This document shows, in pieces, positions 57,677 to 64,000 of a stretch of DNA of 64,000 nt. Source of the DNA: an uncultured Thermoplasmata archaeon (GTDB lineage Archaea; Thermoplasmatota; Thermoplasmata; RBG-16-68-12); the NCBI GenBank assembly GCA_963768855.1, contig CAVYJM010000011.1, forward strand, positions 256,001 to 320,000. The letters are read 5' to 3'. The notes beneath the pieces are model-generated. The model was not told the origin of the DNA. It saw nothing but the letters and a program-made list of their open reading frames with translations, and ran no database searches. Position 1 is the stretch's first letter. Each line of letters begins with the position of its first letter. A program made the position numbers and the translations under genes.

Positions 57677-58537
57677 GTGGTCCCCCTCTGGCTCCTCCTG
57701 GCGTCCGTGGACATGATGTCCTGGGGCGTCGGCCAGGTGCTCGTGAAGCGGGCGACGGACCGGCTCGGGGCCGTGACGATGGTCCTGTTCGTGACCCTCG
57801 TGGACGGGGTCCTGTACCTGGCCGTGTTCCTGGCGGCGGCCCAGCCGCTCGCGGCCACCCTCGAGACCTATGTGTGCGCGACCCTGACCTCGGTCGTCGG
57901 CATCACGGGGTACATCCTGTACTTCGAGGCCCTCCTGCGAGGCAACGTCTCCGTGGTGGCGACGATCACCGCGGGCTCCCCGATCATCACGATCCTGGGG
58001 GCGATCGCGTTCCTCCACGAGACCCCGACCGTCGCGGAGGCCGTCGGCATGGCCCTGCTCGTCGCGGTGATCCTGATCCTCTCCTACGAGCCTCTCGGCG
58101 GGGAGTGGAAGATCCCCCTGGCGGTCACTCTGTCCGTCGCGATCCTCCTCCTCTGGGGCGTCTGGGGCATCCTGACCAAGGTCGCGGTCGACGCGCCCGG
58201 CTTCGGCCCGTGGCAGCTCCTCCTCTTCTATAGCCTCTCGAACTTCTGCGCAGGGATCCCGTACTACCTGTGGCGGCGGAAGCGGTTCCCGCCGCCGAAC
58301 CCCTCCTGGCGCGCCTACGCGATCGGTGCGGGCGGCTTCCTCCTGATGATGATCGGCATCGTCGCCGCCACGGTCGCCCTGTCCATCGGCGACGCGTCCC
58401 TCGTGACCGCGGTTGGCGGCTGCGCCCCCGTCGTGACGTCGCTCGTGGCCTACGCGGTCCTCAAGGAGAAGGCGACCCCCCTCCGCGTCCTCGCGCTCCT
58501 CCTGTTCATCCCCGGGATCGTCCTCGTCGCGTTCTAG
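57677..58537 (+). CDS. EamA/DMT family transporter
   Basis: Two five-TM repeats, each ending near FLHE/VLKEK. GTG start at 57677. Confidence 0.88.
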   Translation: MVPLWLLLASVDMMSWGVGQVLVKRATDRLGAVTMVLFVTLVDGVLYLAVFLAAAQPLAATLETYVCATLTSVVGITGYILYFEALLRGNVSVVATITAGSPIITILGAIAFLHETPTVAEAVGMALLVAVILILSYEPLGGEWKIPLAVTLSVAILLLWGVWGILTKVAVDAPGFGPWQLLLFYSLSNFCAGIPYYLWRRKRFPPPNPSWRAYAIGAGGFLLMMIGIVAATVALSIGDASLVTAVGGCAPVVTSLVAYAVLKEKATPLRVLALLLFIPGIVLVAF

Positions 58538-58719
58538 CGCATCGGGTACCCGGTCCGTGGACGTCCTTCCGAGATTCCCATTGGAATAAAACAGACAACT
58601 GCACGCCTCCGTGCTGTGCACACGATTCATTTGTCTAATTCAGAAGGCAAGAGGGCTCGGAACGTACTTATAGCGACGAGCGGATATGATGAATGTAGGA
58701 AATCACAGGGCGGATCTCC

Positions 58720-58899
58720 ATGACGACGAACCGAGCACGGGACTGGGCCCGGCGCCACTACGACTACCCTGGCGGAGTCCCGACGTGCCCCAGCTGCGCG
58801 CGGCCGCTCGACGAGTGCGCGTGCGTCTGCCCCTTCTGCGGCGAGCGGAACGGCTGCCGATGCTGCATCGGCTACGGGATCGCGACGGGCGGCGACTGA
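58720..58899 (+). CDS. Small Cys-rich protein (59 aa, 9 Cys), not in the ORF track
   Basis: MTTNRARDWARRHYDYPGGVPTCPSCARPLDECACVCPFCGERNGCRCCIGYGIATGGD*; TATA-like CTTATAG upstream. Confidence 0.8.
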   Translation: MTTNRARDWARRHYDYPGGVPTCPSCARPLDECACVCPFCGERNGCRCCIGYGIATGGD

Positions 58900-59004
58900 G
58901 CGCTCCCCCGCGACCGCCATCGATGCACACTTTCGCGGCCGGAGGCTTCGAGGGTTGTCCAAGAACCTTTATCCCCGCGCGGGCCCACGGGAAGGCTGAT
59001 ACCC

Positions 59005-59523
59005 ATGAAGCATGCGGGCCTTTGGGCCATCGCGATCGCGGCCATCCTGGTCGTCGGTGGCATCGCCGCGTACTTCCTGCTGTACCAGGGAGAAGTGGCG
59101 GTCTACGTCAAGGATGCACCCGGCACATGGGCACACGTCTACGTGACCTTCTCGGGCGTGGCGATCCACGAATCCGGGCAGGGCAACGCGTCGTGGACCA
59201 ACGTCAGCTCGACCAGGCAGACGGTGGATCTCGCCGTGCTCACGAACGTGTCCCAGCTGCTGGGCTCCGTGCGGCTGAACCCCGGCCACTATGAGCAGAT
59301 CCGGCTCAGCGTGGTCAACGTGACGGGCGTGCTGTCGGGGACCAACCAGACCGTGACCATCAGCGTGCCGCCCGACAATGCCACGCTCAAGATCGTCGGG
59401 CAGTTCACGGTGTCGTCGGGTCAGACGACGAGCATCACGGTGGACATCTTCCTCGACCGATCGATCCGGGACGTCAACGGGACGTGGATGTTCACGCCGG
59501 TCGTCGGCTCGACCGTCCACTGA
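59005..59523 (+). CDS. DUF4382 domain membrane-anchored protein
   Basis: N-terminal TM, YVKDAP, VYVTFSGV.IH, G.YEQIRL, FTPVV. Confidence 0.8.
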   Translation: MKHAGLWAIAIAAILVVGGIAAYFLLYQGEVAVYVKDAPGTWAHVYVTFSGVAIHESGQGNASWTNVSSTRQTVDLAVLTNVSQLLGSVRLNPGHYEQIRLSVVNVTGVLSGTNQTVTISVPPDNATLKIVGQFTVSSGQTTSITVDIFLDRSIRDVNGTWMFTPVVGSTVH

Positions 59524-59565
59524 GCGCGACCGGAACCCTCCTTTCCCTTTTCTGGACCTGGGGCC

Positions 59566-59913
59566 TCAGCGCCCCAGGGCCATTTCCTTGAGAGCGATCG
59601 CCTGGTTGCGCAACGCGTCCTTGGAGCCGTAGACCAGGGTCACGTCCTCCCCTTTCGCGCGCTCCGCGATGGACCGGAGGTCTTCCCATTTCCCGCTCTT
59701 GCGGAGCTCTTCCTCGTAGCGCCGCCTGAACTCGTCCCACTTGCCCGGGTCGTGGCCGTACCACTTCCGCAGGGCGTTGCTCGGGGCGAGGTCCTTCCGC
59801 CATTCGTCCACGTGGGCCCTCTCCTTCGTGAAGCCCCGCGGCCAGAGGCGGTCGACGAGGATGCGGTAGCCGTCCTCCGGGGAGGAGGCCTCGTAGATTC
59901 GTTTGACTTTCAA
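59566..59913 (-). CDS. DUF488/YeaO family protein
   Basis: VKRIYE, DGYRILVDRLWPRG, LAPS..LRKWY.HDP, HNQA-like RNQA. TTG start at 59913. Confidence 0.92.
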   Translation of the reverse strand: MKVKRIYEASSPEDGYRILVDRLWPRGFTKERAHVDEWRKDLAPSNALRKWYGHDPGKWDEFRRRYEEELRKSGKWEDLRSIAERAKGEDVTLVYGSKDALRNQAIALKEMALGR

Positions 59914-60013
59914 CAGGGACTCGCCAACCCCCGCACAACCGTCCTTCCTCGAGAAGGTTGCGCGTTCGGGGTCCTGATCCAGACCTCGCGAGCACGCCGT
60001 TGGAATCGAGGAG

Positions 60014-60085
60014 TGGACCGGCTGGGATTTGAACCCAGGACTTCCTGCTTGCAAAGCAGGCGATCTTCCACTGATCTACCGGCCC
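60014..60085 (-). tRNA. tRNA-Ala (UGC), CCA not encoded
   Basis: Cloverleaf GGGCCGG...CCGGTCC-A with G3:U70 pair; anticodon loop TTTGCAA; T-loop TTCAAAT. Confidence 0.97.
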
Positions 60086-60294
60086 GACGCGCGCGCAGAG
60101 CGTGGCGGCGCACATGAAACTTCGCCTCGCCGAGTGCGCGGACCCCCATTTCCGCTGGACGCGCGGGGGGACGCGGTTCCGCCCCAGCGGTCATTATTAT
60201 TCATCCTCCCATATGCTGATTCCCTCCATATGTACCACCGACCGGAACCATAATGTAAGGGCGTCCGCTCAGGGTCCGACAAGGGGTTCCAAGT

Positions 60295-61992
60295 ATGCGC
60301 GCGCGAAAGGTAGTGCTAACCGTCAGCGGGTTGCTGGCGCTCTTGGTCGCGGTCTACGTCCCGGCCTCCGCCCTGCTCATCCCGGCCGTCTCTCCGGTCA
60401 CCTCCGTGGGAGGGGACGCGACCCCCGCCTCGAGCCTCGCGTCGCTGCCGGCCTACTCGCCGGCGGACATCTGGGTGAACTACACCTCGAACGGCACGGA
60501 TGGCCAGAGCGGGGTCTTCTGGACCGAACTGTGGTACGAGAGCGTCCACACGCCCCAGTGGACCCAGTATGCCCCGCCCTGGAATCCGAGCGGCGAATGG
60601 ACCGGGGTTCCTGCCACGGGGGGCCGCCAGGCGCAGACCGGTTCCATCCTTTTCGACACGCACTTCGCCGGCGGCGAGGACGCCTACAACTTCACGACGG
60701 TCTCCGTGGACCGCGGCTACCTTCGCGAGGCCGGGCCTCCAAGCTGCGCCCCGGCGGCCGCTTGCGCACGCAAGGCGCACACGACGGTCGACACGCACGC
60801 CCCGGTCCTCTTCGTCGCCCACCCAACCCCGAGCAGCTGGACGAACTCCCAGTCGCTCCAGTGGAGCGCGGTGGATGAGGTCTCCGGGGTGGGGAGCGTC
60901 ATCGTCTCCGTCGACCAGCGGTCCCCGCAGAGCTTCGCGGACGCAAGTGGCTCCGTGAACATGTCCCTCGGGACGCAGGGCGCGCACACCGTCACGGTCA
61001 CCGCGGCGGATCGCGCAGGGAACGCGATCACGGTCCCGATCCCCTTCCAGTACGACACCCATGCGCCGAGCCTGCAAATCACATCGCCTGCGGCAGATCG
61101 CTGGCTCAACACACCCGAGGTCAATGTCGAGTGGACCCTGTCGGACCCCGCGGGGATCACGAACCTCGAGCTGCGGGTCGATTCAGGCCCCGCGGCCGTC
61201 TTGCCGGCCGGGACGACCGCGTACGGGTTGCCGAGCCTCGCGGAAAGGGGTCATGTGGTCAGCCTCCTCGCGGTGGACGCCGCGGGCAACATCGCGACCG
61301 AGACGGTCGTCTTCGGGATCGACGCGACCCCGCCCTCCCTTCAGATCGTGAGCCCGGTCACGGACACGTTCTCCAACGCCCACCAGCTCCAGGCCCTGTG
61401 GATGGGCTCGGACATCGGCTCGGGGATCGACCATTACGAGGTGTCCCTCGACGGAGGATCGCCGGTATCCCTCTCCAACACGGCGGGCTATGTGTTCCCG
61501 AGCATCTCGGAAGGGGAACACGGGGTGGCCGTCACCGCGTTTGACCGTGCGGGCAACCGCGCGGAGGCCAACTCAAGCGTCCAGGTGGACTACACGCCTC
61601 CCGGGGTCGTGATCTCGGCCCCGCCCGCCGGGGCCACGGTGTACGGCGCGCCGTTCGTGAACTGGACGGCCACGGACCTCGGATCCGGCATTGCGCGGGT
61701 CCTCGTCGTGACGGACGGCGCGAGCCAGACCGCGTCGACCACCCAGGCCACCGCCGCGCTCCCGGCGTCGCTCCGCCTCGGTCCGCATGCGGTCACGGTC
61801 CAGGTGTGGGACCAGGCTGGCAACATGAACGAGGCCACGATCGCCTTCACGTACGGCGGGCTCGTGCCTCCCGCACCGAGCGGCTCCGGCCTGCCCGCAT
61901 TCGACTTCCTCTTCGTCATGGTCGTCATCGTCGCGGTGGCGATCGGTTCCGCCTATTACGCGCTGCGCCGGCGCAGGCGGCTCAAGACCTAG
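60295..61992 (+). CDS. Exported protein with tandem Ig-like (Big) domains and a C-terminal TM anchor
   Basis: Signal peptide; repeated D.T.P...I.SP / W...D..SG / H.V.V.A.D.AGN; TM followed by RRRRR. Confidence 0.88.
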   Translation: MRARKVVLTVSGLLALLVAVYVPASALLIPAVSPVTSVGGDATPASSLASLPAYSPADIWVNYTSNGTDGQSGVFWTELWYESVHTPQWTQYAPPWNPSGEWTGVPATGGRQAQTGSILFDTHFAGGEDAYNFTTVSVDRGYLREAGPPSCAPAAACARKAHTTVDTHAPVLFVAHPTPSSWTNSQSLQWSAVDEVSGVGSVIVSVDQRSPQSFADASGSVNMSLGTQGAHTVTVTAADRAGNAITVPIPFQYDTHAPSLQITSPAADRWLNTPEVNVEWTLSDPAGITNLELRVDSGPAAVLPAGTTAYGLPSLAERGHVVSLLAVDAAGNIATETVVFGIDATPPSLQIVSPVTDTFSNAHQLQALWMGSDIGSGIDHYEVSLDGGSPVSLSNTAGYVFPSISEGEHGVAVTAFDRAGNRAEANSSVQVDYTPPGVVISAPPAGATVYGAPFVNWTATDLGSGIARVLVVTDGASQTASTTQATAALPASLRLGPHAVTVQVWDQAGNMNEATIAFTYGGLVPPAPSGSGLPAFDFLFVMVVIVAVAIGSAYYALRRRRRLKT

Positions 61993-62079
61993 TTCCGGAC
62001 CCACCCGCCTCCGGGGCGGGTCTTCCCCTGGTTCCCCTTGCGCCAGAATCCTTTTCCGCGGTCGCGCGATGCCGCGGCG

Positions 62080-62604
62080 ATGCGGGAAGGCGTCGCGAAG
62101 CTGCTGCGCTGGTTCGTCGGACTCAGCCTGATCCTCGGGACGTTCGCGCTCCTCGCCGGGGCCATCGGTCTCCAAGCCTCGTCCCCATCGAACCCGTGGC
62201 TGGACCTGCTCATCGCGATCGCCGTCCTGGCGATGGTCGTCCTCGCCGCCTTGGAGCAGTCGACCGCGTGGCCGCCTTCCTGGCCGTGGTACGTTCCCGC
62301 GGCACTCCCGGTCGTGCTGCTGATGATGGGAGTCGTGTGGGCCCACCTCCAGGACCCGCAGGGACACCTCTTCCTGAGCGGTTTCGCCCCGTTCGTGGCC
62401 TTCCTTACCGGGCTCGGGTTCCTGAAGCGGCGCCCCTGGTCCTGGCCCGTCGCGTTCGCGTCGGTGACCGGTTTCGGGCCCACGATCCTCCTGTTCGCAC
62501 CCCTCGCCCTCGAGACCGTGTACGCGGCCCTCGTCCTGTTCGTGATCGATGCCGTATTCCTGCTTGCGCTGGTTCAGTCAAGCTTTGAACCGTCGTCCGC
62601 GTAG
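62080..62604 (+). CDS. Hypothetical multi-pass membrane protein
   Basis: About six hydrophobic segments; start moved to ATG 62080. Confidence 0.7.
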   Translation: MREGVAKLLRWFVGLSLILGTFALLAGAIGLQASSPSNPWLDLLIAIAVLAMVVLAALEQSTAWPPSWPWYVPAALPVVLLMMGVVWAHLQDPQGHLFLSGFAPFVAFLTGLGFLKRRPWSWPVAFASVTGFGPTILLFAPLALETVYAALVLFVIDAVFLLALVQSSFEPSSA

Positions 62605-62633
62605 CTCCGTCCGGACCGAGCGCCCGGCGGTCG

Positions 62634-62945
62634 TCACGACCGCAGGACGATCTCGATGTTGACGCCGTCGGGGACCTGGATGCGCATGAGCTGCCGCAGG
62701 GCGCGCTCGTCCGCGTCGAGGTCGATGAGCCGCTTGTGGATCCGCATCTCCCAGCGGTCCCATGTCTCGGACCCCTCGCCGTCCGGGCTCTTGCGCACCG
62801 GGACGACGAGGCGCTTCGTCGGGAGCGGGATCGGCCCGGCCATCGCGACGCCCGTGCGCTCGCTGATGAGCTTGATCTGCTGGCACACGTTGTCGACCTT
62901 CTTCGGGTCGGTGCCGCTGAGGGATATCCGGGCCTTCTGTGCCAT
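62634..62945 (-). CDS. rpsJ: 30S ribosomal protein S10 (uS10)
   Basis: [30 protein letters not shown]. Confidence 0.97.
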   Translation of the reverse strand: MAQKARISLSGTDPKKVDNVCQQIKLISERTGVAMAGPIPLPTKRLVVPVRKSPDGEGSETWDRWEMRIHKRLIDLDADERALRQLMRIQVPDGVNIEIVLRS

Positions 62946-62985
62946 GTCTTGAATCACCAAAAGGAAGGGGAAAGGAGGAAGGAGG

Positions 62986-64000
62986 TCACCGCTTCTCGAC
63001 GTCGATGACCTGTCCGGCCGCGACGGTCTGGCCCATGTCGCGGATGGCGAACCGACCGAGTTGGGGGAACGCCTTCGCGGGTTCGATGACCATGGGCTTC
63101 GTCGGGCGGATCTTCACGCGCGCCGCGTCCCCGGTCTTCAGGAACTCCGGCTTCTCGGGCTTCGCCGCGCCCGTCTTCGGATCCAGGGCCGCGATGATCT
63201 CCTCGAACGTGCACGCGACCTGGGCCGTGTGGGCGTGGAAGACCGGTGTGTAGCCAACCGTGATGACGGACGGGTGGTTCAGCACGACGATCTGCGCGGT
63301 GAACGTCTTGGCGACCGTGGGCGGGTTGTCCACGGGCCCGGCGACGTCGCCCCGGCGCAGGTCCTTCTTGTCGACGCCGCGCACGTTGAACCCGACGTTG
63401 TCGCCCGGCTCGGCCTGCGGGATCTGCTCGTGGTGCATCTCGATCGACTTGACCTCGCCGACCTTGTCCGCGGGCATGAAGTGGACCTTCATCCCGGCCT
63501 TCAAGATGCCCGTCTCGACCCGGCCGACCGGGACCGTGCCCGCGCCCGTGATGCTGTAGACATCCTGCACGGGGAGGCGGAGCGGCTTGTCCAGCGGCTT
63601 CGGCGGCACCGTGAGGTCGTTGAGGGCCGCGACGAGGAACGGTCCCTTGTACCAGGCCATCTTCGTCGAGGCCTTGGCAATGTTCTCTCCCTTGTACGAG
63701 CTGATCGGGATGAAGGGAATCCTGTCCACCTTGTACCCGATGCTCTTCAGGAGCGTGGACACCTCGGCCTTGATCTCATTGTAGCGGGCCTCGGAATACT
63801 CCGGCTTCGTCGCGTCCATCTTGTTGACCGCGACGACGAGCTGCTCGACGCCGAGCGTCCGCGCGAGGAAGATGTGCTCCCGCGTCTGGGTCTGCGGGCC
63901 TTCCGCGGCTCCGACAACCAGCACGGCCGCGTCGGCCTGGGACGTCCCCGTGATCATGTTCTTCACGAAGTCCCGGTGGCCTGGGGCGTCGATGATGGTG
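62986..64000 (-). CDS. tuf: Elongation factor 1-alpha (5' end outside the window)
   Basis: [63 protein letters not shown]. Confidence 0.97.
   Translation of the reverse strand, partial: TIIDAPGHRDFVKNMITGTSQADAAVLVVGAAEGPQTQTREHIFLARTLGVEQLVVAVNKMDATKPEYSEARYNEIKAEVSTLLKSIGYKVDRIPFIPISSYKGENIAKASTKMAWYKGPFLVAALNDLTVPPKPLDKPLRLPVQDVYSITGAGTVPVGRVETGILKAGMKVHFMPADKVGEVKSIEMHHEQIPQAEPGDNVGFNVRGVDKKDLRRGDVAGPVDNPPTVAKTFTAQIVVLNHPSVITVGYTPVFHAHTAQVACTFEEIIAALDPKTGAAKPEKPEFLKTGDAARVKIRPTKPMVIEPAKAFPQLGRFAIRDMGQTVAAGQVIDVEKR

Noticed and set aside
58686-58746. C/D-box sRNA (ATGATGA ... ATGACGA)
   Set aside because: No CTGA D or D' boxes at the expected spacing, and the second motif is the start of a credible CDS.

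Overview
High-GC archaeal chromosomal segment. Archaeal markers are EF-1alpha next to S10, Kae1, a short archaeal-type TPI, a tRNA-Ala without encoded CCA and TATA-type promoters; assignment to Thermoplasmatota is an inference. Most of the window is peptide and amino-acid scavenging or central metabolism: S9 and DmpA peptidases, a D-aminoacylase, a dipeptide/oligopeptide ABC operon, aldehyde dehydrogenase, aminotransferases, TPI/aldolase/FBPase, Fhs, transporters and surface proteins. The strongest signal is a pair of related ~1.37-kb TnpB-only elements (11677-13036 and 30700-32072). Unlike IS200/IS605 or IS607 elements, the second copy has a perfect 10-bp terminal inverted repeat (GGTTCTGTCC...GGACAGAACC) and a perfect 9-bp target-site duplication (GGAATGTAC). 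The first copy has the same right-end motif and an 8-9-bp duplication. Both TnpB proteins have Gln in place of the RuvC-III catalytic Asp, and both insertions sit directly 3' of GTTTC(G). This suggests a nuclease-impaired, RNA-guided TnpB carried by a DDE-type TIR transposon. Other oddities: a thiolase/dead HMG-CoA-synthase/DUF35 (PhlABC-like) operon, a peptide-ABC ATPase and a solo Cas4 that each have several transmembrane helices inserted into the catalytic domain, the right edge of a probable tRNA-integrated element (1-1517), a Rab-like GTPase, a receptor-like Ig-repeat protein with a putative longin-like tail, a frameshifted PLD gene and several unannotated Cys-rich micro-proteins. All family calls come from motif recognition by eye; no database searches were run.
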